Source: Ostreococcus lucimarinus | Lineage: Eukaryota | Direction: 5' to 3' (one strand) | DNA length: 64,000 bases | Assembly (NCBI GenBank): GCA_000092065.1 | Contig: CP000593.1 | In this document: positions 42,101-51,545 of the stretch, piece by piece | How positions within the stretch are numbered: the first letter of the stretch is position 1 | Layout of the letters: each line of letters opens with the position of its first letter | Notes under the pieces: model-generated | The model's database searches: none | Seen by the model: only the letters and a program-made list of their open reading frames with translations | What the model was told of the DNA's origin: nothing | Translations under genes and position numbers: made by a program

Positions 42101-42289
42101 TTCGCCCTCGCTCGCGCCGCGCTCGCGCCCTCGTCCCGCGCGCGTCTCTCCTCGCGTCTCATCCCGCGCGCGCGCGCCGTCGTCCCTGTCCGGCACGATC
42201 GCGCGTCGCGCGACCATCGTCCGCGTCCCGCGCGCGCGCGCGGCGCCCGTCGCGCGCGGCGGCGCGCCGCACGCGCGTCGAATCGCCAT
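39194..42289 (-). CDS. Pentatricopeptide repeat (PPR) protein with Ala/Arg-rich presequence, probably organellar (about 1031 aa)
   Basis: Numerous 35-aa PPR units, for example VVYNAYIDVCAHGGDYDGARATLERMK, IRSYNGVISAATRKKHFPGAMWAWEEI, ITYNSLIYACADDDVKAMGLYHDMVSNGINPTVRTYVALI and NEFLFTALMDAQVKGNRPLSAFETYARMIE. Start placed at ATG 42289 (MAIRRACGAPPRATGAARARG...). The 400 Arg-run residues upstream in the track ORF are rejected. Confidence 0.7.
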   Translation of the reverse strand: MAIRRACGAPPRATGAARARGTRTMVARRAIVPDRDDGARARDETRGETRAGRGRERGASEGERERERARREYRAYRARRTDVGMDARAGEGTSTSYGTDGADADAEAAARRGHAEALRAGDVDGAVKALATLARRGEGDARMTRAVVSKAMAKSLAKSHKGFMKLCVKTYRMDAALRYARLFDARDRDFARGKDLYCTVIYLCGREEGSNQWNIAREAFELRRDEAGLEPDPYAYSALVCAAGRCGKARTAREVFEEANAVNAVDTVVYNAYIDVCAHGGDYDGARATLERMKTTPNCAPNIRSYNGVISAATRKKHFPGAMWAWEEIETANLQPTMITYGAMLAAGAAADDVDVRWSEDLFAQALESGACGNAGNDHMVTSMLQTYARGVALEQIERDVAMERGESVVQALIEDAQWDERRAESTPNGRVWSALITLCARCGRAARAIEVLKIMISTRSHRVGHEWLHLTYALTSALEASKEGIEYFARVQREIEQSPAMVRDCTGVRNGLIATHLHFGDFKSAFKVYDDFKNDIFKYRKAHEENWNARARRGLERQLPDTITYNSLIYACADDDVKAMGLYHDMVSNGINPTVRTYVALIVALSRSKRGSKVTEAEKIFKAAIDDGVTPNEFLFTALMDAQVKGNRPLSAFETYARMIEADVNCTTVTFGCALQACCYVEDVEESVERAYSVLRDMTERDVQMNDWCSNTFLRVISRAGRIEEMLEEVKKTVRRKGKLEQETLEAIIRALCSAGYVERANRFISMMNSRNLEPREQTFKEFIVASSRDGFVDWAWESYKRFTRLGHKLDAGTRSALVTVLSVASTSPDPDDAELLLARAIGVFEAAFKRADEDNGPQVLDVIDAEARCALIVAMARSEKLDRALDIWRDSPKAQSFSKARKHTSSEGNDYIGDVRAMYECLIEVCCHEDRIDDALEVFDHLKDAGVRVSTVTLAFLESSCRRCRVEEWRMFDVCAQMRAQVEQKNEGRLAKPTKMSHHVRDDGNIASELATDGLGGEQKTSAWRKNVD

Positions 42290-42496
42290 CGCACCGCCGC
42301 CGCCGAATCCCAACCCGAATTCGCGTCGCTTCCGAGCGTCGCTCGACGCTCGCGGCGGACGCGCGTCGACGCGCGACGCGCGCGCGTCGCGCGCGCGTCG
42401 CTCCGACGCGCGGCGCGCTCGCGGCGCGACTCGGCGCGCGTCGGCGCGGCGATGTGACGCCGCGCGTCCGTCGGCACTTCCCGCGGCGCGCGCGCG

Positions 42497-44992
42497 ATGG
42501 CGGACGAGGTCGACACCGCGCGCATGCGATCGCGCCGCGCGACGGACTCGTCGTCGGACGCGCGCGCGCGCGGACGCGCGCGACCGACGGCGCGCGCGCG
42601 CGCGCGCGTCGGATGCTGCTTCGGCGCGCGGGACGCGGCGTCGGACGACGAGGACGCGCGACGCGACGCGAGCGATGGGTCGACGAGCGCGAGCGACGCC
42701 GACGCGGGTCGGACGTCGGACGGGACGCGCGCGCGCGCGACGTCGACGGCGTCGGCGTCGACGTCGGCGTCGGCGTCGGCGGGCGAGGCGAAGGCGAGGC
42801 GGCAGAGCGTCGACTACGCGCTGCGCGCGAGTCAGGGATCGCTCGCGTCGGGGGAAGAGGCGACGGCGAACGCGAACGGAGGAGACGATGAGTTCGTCGG
42901 CGACGCGGGATCGGCGGAGCTGACGTATTTCGTGAAGCTGAACGCGAAGATGCTGGCGAAGCGACGGAGAGCGACGAAGAGCGAATTGGAACCGCTGTGC
43001 GAGGCGCTGTCGCAGACGTTTACGTTTTCTGAGCTCGATGCGAACGTCAGGCGACGCGTGGCGAGCGAAATGTTCTTCATCAACGTGCCGGAGGGGACGA
43101 TTTTGATGGAGGAGGACGAACCGGGCGACGCGTTGTATCTCATCGCCGGAGGCGAATTCGACGTGCTGCAAAATCGGCTCGGCGCCGATATCAGCGTCCT
43201 CACGCGCACGAAAGGCGATATCATCGGCGAGTTAGCTTTACTTTATAGCGTGCCGCGCTCGGCGACGGTGCGGGCGAAGACGCGGTCGCAGGTTTGGGTG
43301 TGCACGCAACAAGTCTTCAAGAGGGAGGTCAAGCACAGCGTCGAGGCGACGACGCTCGCGAAGAATTTATTCCTCGAACAAGTTCCCGTGCTCAGCGCTT
43401 TACCGATCGACACGCGGAAGTCGTTCGCGGATGCCTTGGAGACGGTCTCGTTCGACCCGTACACGGACGTTATTACCGAAGGCGAAGCGTGCGACGGTAA
43501 ATTTTACCTCGTCAATTCGGGGCGAGCGCAAGTTTCCAAGCTCGACCCGGACACGGGTGAACCGCGCACGGTGAATCACTTGTTTCGACACGACTTTTTT
43601 GGTGCTTCCGAGATCATTCGCGGTGATGAACCGCGAGAGTACACCGTGCGATGCGTGGAAACTCCTCTGGTGTGTTACGTCGTCAATCGAGACGTGTTCC
43701 TCGAGAAGCTGTCATCCGTGCGCGAAGATTTACTTCGAGAAAAGTCTCGAGAAGTCATTCGTAATCGCATGCGGCAGCTCAAGGGTGAAAAGTCGTGGCG
43801 CTCCGCCCGAATTCGCCTGTTAGGTAGCGCGCGCGTGGGAGGAAAGAAGGTGAACATTAGCATGTACGGCTCAGTAAACCCGAGGTCGTTCGCCACGGAC
43901 GTCAATCGGGAGTTGGGGTCGATCGATTTAGTGGAGAAGGAAATGCTCGGTGGAGGCACTGGTGGGCACGTGTATCGCGTTATTCAAGAAGGTATGAATG
44001 TGTCGTCACCGCGCGCCTTCGCGCTCAAGCGCGTGCGTAAGCGTGCCGTGATGGAGAGTCCGTCGCACATTTTCTGCGAAAAGGAAGTCACGAGCGAAAT
44101 CAGCCACTTTTCGTTGATGTGTCAGCACGCCAGTTTCCAAGACAGGAATCATCTGTACATGCTTTTCGACATCATGGATGGGTGTGACTTGATGGACATG
44201 CTTGCGAGCGCGGTGCAAGTGAAGTTAATTCCGACACAAATCGATGGTGAGATTCGCCACGTGCCCACGCAGATTGGCATCAGCGAAGACACGGCGCGAT
44301 ACTACACCGCCATGGTTATTCTCGCGTTCGAGTATCTGCACGGCAACCAAATCATCTATCGCGACTTGAAGCCAGAGAATGTATTGCTTGCGCTCAACGG
44401 CAAATGTAAGCTCGGAGATTTTGGCTACGCGAAGAAACTTGACGTCGGCGAACGCGCGTTTACGTTTTGCGGCACCCCTGGGTACGTGGCGCCAGAAATT
44501 GTGCTGTCCACGGGATACGGCTACGCCGTCGATTGGTGGGCGCTGGGTGTTTTGACGTACGTCACAATAACGGGACAACAGCCGTTCACGATATCAAAGG
44601 ATCCGTCCCAAAAAGACGATCCATTGAAAGTGATGCGGCGAATCGTGGACATGTCGTACGAGGTGCAATACCCCACGTACGCCACCGACGAGGCGTGCAA
44701 TTTTATTTCTCAGCTCTTGCAGCGAAACTCGGCGAAAAGGCTCGGAAACATGCAAGGCGGGGTCAGTCAGATTAAGAGACACCCTTGGTTCGCCAAGTTT
44801 GACTGGGCGCTGCTAGAGAGTGGCGAGTACACGCCCAAGCCGCTGACGCTTTCGCGGCAGTTTTTAGAAATTCAGCGCGAACGTCTTATCGAGATCGAAC
44901 GGGAATCGTTGCTCGCAACTGAAATGGATTCGGCGAGAGGACCGACGGATGCGTCTATGAATCGTGCGAACGAGATTTTCAAGGATTTTTAA
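42497..44992 (+). CDS. cGMP-dependent protein kinase-like: two cyclic-nucleotide-binding domains plus an AGC-family Ser/Thr kinase domain (831 aa)
   Basis: ATG at 42497. cNMP-binding domains (FFINVPEGTILMEEDEPGDALYLIAGGEFDV...GDIIGELALLYSVPRSATVRA and DVITEGEACDGKFYLVNSGRAQV...FGASEII). Kinase subdomains YRDLKPENVLL, KLGDFGYAKKL, GTPGYVAPE and DWWALGVLTY. AGC C-terminal extension FAKFDW. Divergent from the PPR gene with a 207-bp shared region. Confidence 0.8.
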   Translation: MADEVDTARMRSRRATDSSSDARARGRARPTARARARVGCCFGARDAASDDEDARRDASDGSTSASDADAGRTSDGTRARATSTASASTSASASAGEAKARRQSVDYALRASQGSLASGEEATANANGGDDEFVGDAGSAELTYFVKLNAKMLAKRRRATKSELEPLCEALSQTFTFSELDANVRRRVASEMFFINVPEGTILMEEDEPGDALYLIAGGEFDVLQNRLGADISVLTRTKGDIIGELALLYSVPRSATVRAKTRSQVWVCTQQVFKREVKHSVEATTLAKNLFLEQVPVLSALPIDTRKSFADALETVSFDPYTDVITEGEACDGKFYLVNSGRAQVSKLDPDTGEPRTVNHLFRHDFFGASEIIRGDEPREYTVRCVETPLVCYVVNRDVFLEKLSSVREDLLREKSREVIRNRMRQLKGEKSWRSARIRLLGSARVGGKKVNISMYGSVNPRSFATDVNRELGSIDLVEKEMLGGGTGGHVYRVIQEGMNVSSPRAFALKRVRKRAVMESPSHIFCEKEVTSEISHFSLMCQHASFQDRNHLYMLFDIMDGCDLMDMLASAVQVKLIPTQIDGEIRHVPTQIGISEDTARYYTAMVILAFEYLHGNQIIYRDLKPENVLLALNGKCKLGDFGYAKKLDVGERAFTFCGTPGYVAPEIVLSTGYGYAVDWWALGVLTYVTITGQQPFTISKDPSQKDDPLKVMRRIVDMSYEVQYPTYATDEACNFISQLLQRNSAKRLGNMQGGVSQIKRHPWFAKFDWALLESGEYTPKPLTLSRQFLEIQRERLIEIERESLLATEMDSARGPTDASMNRANEIFKDF

Positions 44993-45077
44993 GAGCCATG
45001 ACAGAAAGTGCTCACATCACAGCGTTACAGCGTTTTAGCTACATAGGTCAAATTTGTCATTATACCATACATCATCG

Positions 45078-48000
45078 TCATCGCTTGAACAAAAATTGCA
45101 AGTCTTCGGCAGTCAGTTGAGAAAGCGCGGCTTGATTGCCGTCCATACACCCTTCGAACACAAGCTGCTTCTTTTCTTGAAGCTCCATCATGCGTTCTTC
45201 AATCGTGCCTTTGGTCGAAAATCGAACAGCGGTCACCGGTCGAAGCTGCCCGATGCGATGTGCGCGCATCACGGCTTGCATTTCCACCGCTGGGTTCCAC
45301 CATGGCTCAAGAACGTATACGTAATTCGCCGCTTGCAAGTTGAGTCCTTCACCGCCAGATTTGAGACTCATCAAGATCACGCTGACGTTTGGATCTTCTC
45401 GGAAAGCTTGCAAATTCGCCGCGCGTTGCGTGACCGGCATGGAACCGAGAAGCTTGGCGATGGTAAACTTGGCCTTTTTCAAACGCCATTCGACGATTTC
45501 TATCATGGCTGTGTACTGCGAAAACACGATGGCTTTGTTTAAGTGCCCATTTTCTTGATTACGCATGTCTCGCAGAGCGTTAACGAGCGTCTCAACCTTT
45601 GTGCTCGACGTGTACTGCGTGAGATCGAGCTTGTTGAGAATTGACTTGTCTGGTAGCGCATCCTTGAAATTACGACTAATGGCACTCTTGACGTTTTCGA
45701 GACTTTCTGGAGAGAAGTCAATCGTCAACGCCGTGCGACAGACGGGACAAGTCACTTTTTTGCCATCCGCAGGCGCACAAGACGCGTATTGCATGATGCA
45801 CTCACGATGGAAAATGTGTTTGCAATTCGCCAGAGCCGCGTCTTCTTCCTCAATTTCGTCCTGACACATGCCACAATAATGCTTCGGAACGTCGGTGTCT
45901 GCCGGGGATTCAACTTTCGGCGCGTCAGGGGCGTCTTTTTTCACGTTCGCACTCTTCGAATGAATCACCAAGTACGGATGATCGCACGCTTGTCGCAGTC
46001 GTGCGAGGAGCTCGAAGACGTGTGCGTAGTTGTGCAAAACGCTCCCTTTCTTCACGAACGCGTCGAACTTCGAGCGCGTCAGCATGTACAGAGACTCGTA
46101 AAAGTCTTGTTCAACCTCATTGAATGTGTTTTCTTGAATGATAATCTTCAAGTCCGGCAGTCGCACGTCCTCGGCGCGTTCCGCCTTGGTCCGGCGAAGT
46201 TGCATCGGCAACAAAATGTCATTTCTAAGAGTCAGCATCGCTTTCTTGCCGTCACCGATGTAGCCATAACGGTTGATCGGGTTTAGCACGGTGCGATTGA
46301 AATGCGAATAATGCCTAGGAGCGCCGCATCCGCAGTTGGTACAAAATCGCGCCTGAGGACCGAAGTTCCAGGTGAGCGTTTTGCACTCGCAACCCTTCGT
46401 CGAACAAAAGTAAAACGCGTACGGATCCATACGCAAAAATCTCACCAAGCTGTAAAGATCGCCGATTCGATTCTGCAACGGTGTACCTGTCAAACACCAC
46501 TTATACGTGGATTTCAAAGCGTAGATACACTTGGCGGTGTTGCTCGTGCGCGCCTTGATCTTGTGCGCTTCGTCGAGAACGATTCGGTGCCACTGCGTGC
46601 GATGAAGAAGGGAATCCGACAAATCTACGTCGTCTTCGTCTTCAAACTGGCTCCCACCTTGCGAACCACCTTGCGAGGTTTGCGGAATGTCGTCGATGTT
46701 GGACGCCTTCACGTCGTCCGCTTCCTCGGTTTTCGCCGGCGTTTTCTTTTTCTTCTGTTTCTTCTTTGGCTTTCTATCTTCGCTCTCGCTATCGTCGACT
46801 AATATGATCTCATCATCTTCGCTATCACTGTCCGGTTTGTAATCACTTTCAGCCTCGCCGTCGCTAGCTTCGCGCAGACTCTTCTTCTTTTTCTTTGCGC
46901 TCGAAGTCGAAGTCGCTTTACCCGAAGCCTTCGACTTGCGCTTCTGCGCCTTCTTCACCGTACTCGCTATCGCCGCCGTTGACGCGTCAGCCAAGGCGGG
47001 CTCGTTCACTGACTCGACCTCTTTTTCTTTCTCCTCAATCGACTCCTCTTTGATATTCTCAACTACAATCGTCGGCACTGGAAGCTGCGAAATCAAAGCT
47101 TTCAGAACTTCGCTCGGCTCGGCGACGCCGTCTTCAACTTCCTCCTTGACGACGACGACGTCGCCGCCCGGGGCGAGACCTGAAGCCGCGCGTGCGCGCG
47201 CCTTGTGCGCGCCATCATACATGCTCAGCGTCTCCCGTCCGGCCATCGCCATGAGTTCCTTGTATACGTTCGCCATCGTGGGAATCCCCTTCTTCACGTC
47301 CTTGGCGCTGCCCGGCTTGATTTTCAGCGTGCGCATGGCTTTTTCGTTCGCCACGTCGCGCGTCACCTCGCGCCGCGCGAGTTTTTCCGTGCGCACGGCG
47401 TCTGGTCCACAGAAGTACTTCAAGTGCGTCACCATGGAGCGAGGTAAGTACTTTTTCCCACACCACTGACACGCCGTCAAGTGTCGGTTGATGATTTTCC
47501 GCCACTCGGCTTCGACGACGGGATACGTCGTCAACACGACGTCGTATCCTTTAAAGTCTCCTTCCACGACGTTTGCGCGATCAGCGTAATACACAAACAC
47601 GCGCAGCGACCCTTCCTCGACGCACGATTTGATCTCTTCTTCCCACTGAACGAGCGCCGACGTCGGCACCACCACGAGCGTCGGCGGCGGTCTGTCGTCG
47701 TCCGTCACCATCTCCCCCACCTCGGCGCGGTCTCGCATCCACGCCTCCTTCCTCGCCAGCAACATCGATATGCACTGTATCGTCTTCCCCATCCCCATCT
47801 CATCCGCCAATATCCCCCCCTTCGCATCGCCGCTCTCGTTATCGCACATCCACCGCAACCCCTCGCGCTGAAACCCCAACAACGGCCGCGTCAACGCCCG
47901 CGGCGCCTCCATCGGTTCCACCGCCGGCCGACGCAAAAACTCCTCGCTCGTCACGTCCAACGCCGTGTTCTCGATCTCCGGCCGATCCGGCGACAGCACC

Positions 48001-48414
48001 GTCGCCAGCAACACCTCCCGATCCCCATCCTTCAGCGCGTCCAACCCGTGCACGCGCGTCTCCAGCTCCTCCCTCGTGACTCCCTCCGCGCGATAACACT
48101 CCGGATGCATCCACTTCGATATCCATCCGTAATCGCCGCCGCGATACTTGAGCGGTTCCCCGATTCGCACCGCGTCCTTCGCGATCTTCGTCGCCGATCC
48201 GAACCCCTCGTCGTCAGTCTTTTTTCTCTTCTCTTCGCGTCGATTCGTCGATTCGCCGCACCTTTTCCCCGCACTTCCCGCACTTCCCGCGTCCGCTCTT
48301 CGCGTACTCGCACGCGTGCGTGTACGCCGCGAAAGCCTCCTCGTCGTCGTCGAATATCGGGCGCCAGGTGACGCCCTTACCGTCCCACGACGGGACGATC
48401 GTGAGTTCGACCAT
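45078..48414 (-). CDS. RAD16: DNA repair protein RAD16 ortholog (SNF2 ATPase plus C3HC4 RING) carrying an N-terminal PARP-type zinc finger; two exons: complement(48262..48414) and complement(45078..48185)
   Basis: Exon 2: LLGFQREGLRWM...GGILADEMGMGKTIQ...VVVPTSALVQWEEEI...LDEAHKIKARTSNTAKC...LTGTPLQNRIGDLYSLVRFL...RING (CGMCQDEIEE...CKHIFHRECI...CPVCR)...ILMSLKSGGEGLNLQAANYVYVLEPWWNPAVEMQAVMRAHRIGQ...LTAEDLQFLFKR is collinear with yeast Rad16 down to the last residues (LTPADLQFLFNN). Exon 1 (MVELTIVPSW...EYAKSGRGKCGKCGEK) joins the upstream in-frame extension of exon 2 (IAKDAVRIGEPLKYRGGDYGWISKWMHPECYRAEG). Together they reconstitute a zf-PARP domain like PARP1 F1 ([47 protein letters not shown]). 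Confidence 0.8.
48186..48261 (-). other. Spliceosomal intron (76 nt) of RAD16, introner-like family member (short variant)
   Basis: Minus-strand reading: donor GTGCGGCGAA; internal tcgacgaatcgacgcgaag; branch AGACTGACGACGAGGGG; acceptor GACGAAG. The intron splits the zf-PARP domain, and the flanking ORFs are in different frames. Confidence 0.75.
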
Positions 48415-48606
48415 GCGCGCGCGCGACGCCGCTCGCGGGCGCGCGAGAGGCGCGCGCGCGCGTCGAGACGCGTCGAGACGCGTCGAAAAGTGACGTCGGG
48501 GCGTTCGCGCGACGAATGACGATGACGGCGAAAAGAAAGATTCTGATTCGAACGACAAAGAGCGCGCGGTTTCGAACGCGCGCGAGAATCGACGCACGGC
48601 GAGCTT

Positions 48607-49407
48607 TTAAGACGCGTTCGATCGACGCGACGCCGAGGGATCGGCGAACGCGCCCGGCACGGCCGCCATCGCGTCGCGCGCGCGCGCGTCGTCGAAGCCG
48701 AAACACGCGAGCACGCGAAGCGCGAACTCGAGCAGCGCCGCGTCGCACGCGTCGAACGCGGCGTCGCGCTCGCGCTCGCCCGCGGCCGAAGACGCGAGGA
48801 CGCGCTCGAGCGCCTCGAACGAGGCGCGACACGCGTCGAGGGTTCGAAAGACGTCGACGGATTCGCGAGACGCGGCGTCGCGTCTCGCCGCCGGTCCCGA
48901 AGTCGCGGATCGAGCCAGAATGGCCAGCGTGCACACCTCTCGCGCGTTCGAGTACATCTCCAGCGAATCTCGCGGATTCGTGCAATCCAGCGTCGCGCTC
49001 GTCAATCGCTCGCGAAGCGCGGCGTCGTCGAGCGTCGCGGCGTCGTCGTCGAGTTCGCGCCGCAGCGCCGCGAGTCGCCCGCGCGCGAGCGCGATCGGGC
49101 CCAACAAAAACCGCGCGTTCGCCGCCTTGCGCGCGTCCGCGACCGCCTCGAGCGGGTTCGCGCGCGCCGCGAGCGCCGGCGCGAGCGCCGGCGCGAGCGC
49201 GAGCGCGCGCAGCGCGTCGCGTCGCGTCGTCGATGTCGTCGTCGTCGTCCGGTCGGCGCGCGCGACGACGCCGCGACGCCGCGAGCGACGCGCCGGCGCG
49301 CCGCGGTCGACGCGCGCGCGCGCGCGCGCCGTCGTCGCGCGCATGTCGCCCGCGATTCGTCGTCGAGTCGACGAATGACGCGCGCGCGCGCGCATTCTCG
49401 CATGCAT
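48607..49407 (-). CDS. Possible hypothetical protein (266 aa); weak call
   Basis: ATG-initiated minus ORF. Its C-terminal 150 residues have ordinary helical composition (LEMYSNAREVCTLAILARSATSG...AAFDACDAALLEFALRVLACFGFDD), but the N-terminal part is Arg-rich. It lies in an unusually long (1 kb) gap between RAD16 and the next gene, and could instead be a shadow ORF. Confidence 0.25.
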   Translation of the reverse strand: MHARMRARARHSSTRRRIAGDMRATTARARARVDRGAPARRSRRRGVVARADRTTTTTSTTRRDALRALALAPALAPALAARANPLEAVADARKAANARFLLGPIALARGRLAALRRELDDDAATLDDAALRERLTSATLDCTNPRDSLEMYSNAREVCTLAILARSATSGPAARRDAASRESVDVFRTLDACRASFEALERVLASSAAGERERDAAFDACDAALLEFALRVLACFGFDDARARDAMAAVPGAFADPSASRRSNAS

Positions 49408-49457
49408 TCATTCGCGCGCGTTCGAACACTCCGCGACGCGCGTTCGAATCGCGCGCC

Positions 49458-50585
49458 ATGACCGCGTCGACGCCCGCGAGCGCGTCGTCGTCGAGCGTCG
49501 CGGACGACGTCGAGCGGCTGCGACGAATCGCGCGCGACGCCGCGGAGAAGACGCACGACGTCTCGCGACGGTTACGAATCGCCGAGTCGGCGCTCGACGA
49601 CCTGCGCGGCGCGCGCGCGAACGCGCGCGTCGCGACGGAGACGGCGATCGAGATCAACGTCGCGAGAGGCTCGAACGACGCGTCCGAAGCGATGAAGAGC
49701 GACGCGCGGCGGACGATGCGGGCGACGCGCGAGACGCGGGCGACGTTCGGCGACGCGGGCGCGGAGGGCGAGGCGACGGTGAGGTTCGCGAGCGCGCGGG
49801 CGGATTATCTGGCGAACGAGGACGAGTACGAGGCGCGAGTGGTGACGCTGGAGAAGGTGACGTTCGCGCGGACGGTGCGGGAGACGGCGAACGGGGTGAG
49901 GGTGCGGGCGCGGGCGACGCCGTTCGGCGCGGAGGGCGTGGACGCGTGCCCGGGAGGGGTCGGCGGCGCGAGACGGTCGCACAGACTCACGGGATTCGGC
50001 GCGCTCGGGTCGAACTTGATCGAAAGATGCGAACAGGACAGCATGGGGGCGGTGTCGGTGGAGTACAAGGATAGGTTCGCGGCGCACTTGGGGGTGTTCA
50101 CCGGGAACCGACAACCCGAGGACAACATGGGCAAGGTGCTCGCGCAGGCGAGCGCGAAGAGCTCGACGTCCACGCGCCACGTGAACTTCGCGGTGAACGC
50201 GTCGAGGTGTCAGAGCGGCGAAGCCATCCTGGGCGTCGCGCTGACGGTGGCGAAGACGCTGCCGAAGACGACGAGAGCCGTCGTCGGTAACGCCTGGGGG
50301 CAAGTCGCCGTCAGGCAACCGAACGCGCGCGAGGATTTAACCGAGTGGGGGATCGCCGCGAGCGTGCCTCCGACCAAAGGCGCGGGACTGGTGAAGAACG
50401 CGGGATGGGGGATCGTCGCCGGCAAGCCCGCCAATCGCGGCGGCGTGCAAGCCGAGGCGTTCTTGCGCATCGGTTCCGACGGCGAAGAACCCGGCTCGAC
50501 GTTGATTCCGGGCGTCGTAATCTCCACGGATGATCGCGGACATCGCCAGACGACGCTGGCGTGTCGCGCGCACTTGCTGTGGTGA
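49458..50585 (+). CDS. Hypothetical protein (375 aa): N-terminal coiled-coil segment followed by a Gly-rich, alternating-polarity (beta-rich) region ending in an aromatic residue
   Basis: ATG at 49458 (MTASTPASASSSSVADDVERLRRIARDAAEK...). C-terminal region GQVAVRQPNAREDLTEWGIAASVPPTKGAGLVKNAGWGIVAGKPANRGGVQAEAFLRIG...LLW. No family recognised. A membrane beta-barrel is one possibility. Confidence 0.4.
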   Translation: MTASTPASASSSSVADDVERLRRIARDAAEKTHDVSRRLRIAESALDDLRGARANARVATETAIEINVARGSNDASEAMKSDARRTMRATRETRATFGDAGAEGEATVRFASARADYLANEDEYEARVVTLEKVTFARTVRETANGVRVRARATPFGAEGVDACPGGVGGARRSHRLTGFGALGSNLIERCEQDSMGAVSVEYKDRFAAHLGVFTGNRQPEDNMGKVLAQASAKSSTSTRHVNFAVNASRCQSGEAILGVALTVAKTLPKTTRAVVGNAWGQVAVRQPNAREDLTEWGIAASVPPTKGAGLVKNAGWGIVAGKPANRGGVQAEAFLRIGSDGEEPGSTLIPGVVISTDDRGHRQTTLACRAHLLW

Positions 50586-50677
50586 GTCGTCGTCGTTTAA
50601 TAAGGTTGTCGTTTTAATAATCCAATTTTGTTTCGTTTCTTTAATACAGTTTCGTTTCGTCGTTTCGTTTCTCGTCG

Positions 50678-51523
50678 TCATTCGCTCGCGATGACTTTTT
50701 CCTTCAACCAATGCGGCTTTCTATCCGGCGCATTCTCATCGCTCTCGCGCAGCGCCTCGGCCTCGGCCTCGCGCTTGGCGTACGCTTCGGCTTTGACCGC
50801 CGCTTCGGCTTCGTAACGCGCGCGCGCGGCTTCGTCTTTTTGCCCGGTGAGCACCAAGTAGTGCGCGACGGAATCGTAGCCCATCGCCAAACTGCGGCGA
50901 TACATGGTGCCGGTCGGCGGGTATCCCTTCTTCGTTCTACAAAACGAGCAATTGCATATGTCCAAGCAACTCGGACACCGCCACGCGTCGCCGCGAGCGA
51001 TGACCTCCCGAATATTAAGTCCCTGCCGCATGTAGAGGCAGTCGCCGCAATACACCCCGCGCATCATCTCGCACCCCGCGCACGACGTCCGCAGCCCTTT
51101 CGTCTTCTGTCGGCACTGATGACAGCACTGTCCATTCACCGGGTCGTATATTCTGCGCCCTTTATCGTCGTAACCGTCCTCGAACAGCGTCCACGGCTCG
51201 GCCGCGCTTCCCAGAGCCTCCGCGTGCCGCGCTTCGTACACCTCCTCGTTGTACCGCACCTCGAACAAATCCCGCGACGCGTCGTTCGGATCGAACGCTT
51301 CCGGTTCTTCGTTGCGCACGCGCCGCGACGCGCGCACGGGCGCGGCGCTGCCCTTATTCTCCTCGTTCGACGTCCGCTCGAAGGCGTTCGAAAAGTTTGT
51401 TTTTTTGCGCTTCTTTTGCGCGTCGCGCGCGAGCGATTTCGCGTGCTCCAGCACGCCGAGCTGCGCCATGCGTCGTTTGTTCGCCTCGATGCGCTCGAGG
51501 CGCTCTAACTCGTACGCGCTCAT
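50678..51523 (-). CDS. CDCA7/JPO1-like protein with C-terminal zf-4CXXC_R1 zinc-finger domain (281 aa)
   Basis: ATG at 51523. Cys-rich module CHQCRQKTKGLRTSCAGCEMMRGVYCGDCLYMRQGLNIREVIARGDAWRCPSCLDICNCSFCRTKKG matches the four CXXC pairs of the CDCA7 family. N-terminal basic/coiled region. Confidence 0.7.
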   Translation of the reverse strand: MSAYELERLERIEANKRRMAQLGVLEHAKSLARDAQKKRKKTNFSNAFERTSNEENKGSAAPVRASRRVRNEEPEAFDPNDASRDLFEVRYNEEVYEARHAEALGSAAEPWTLFEDGYDDKGRRIYDPVNGQCCHQCRQKTKGLRTSCAGCEMMRGVYCGDCLYMRQGLNIREVIARGDAWRCPSCLDICNCSFCRTKKGYPPTGTMYRRSLAMGYDSVAHYLVLTGQKDEAARARYEAEAAVKAEAYAKREAEAEALRESDENAPDRKPHWLKEKVIASE

Positions 51524-51545
51524 GGCGACGGACGAACGACGCGAC

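Noticed and set aside
41694-42923. 409-aa plus-strand Arg/Ala/Ser-rich ORF and the 400-residue Arg-run N-terminus of the 1325-aa PPR track ORF
   Set aside because: Mutually antisense low-complexity ORFs spanning the PPR/PKG divergent promoter. Neither has family signal. The PPR and PKG genes have their own ATGs at 42289 and 42497.
48377-49657. 426-aa minus ORF and 689-aa plus ORF N-terminal half (Arg-rich)
   Set aside because: Overlapping antisense low-complexity ORFs. Only the 49458-50585 segment of the plus ORF and possibly 48607-49407 on the minus strand look protein-like.
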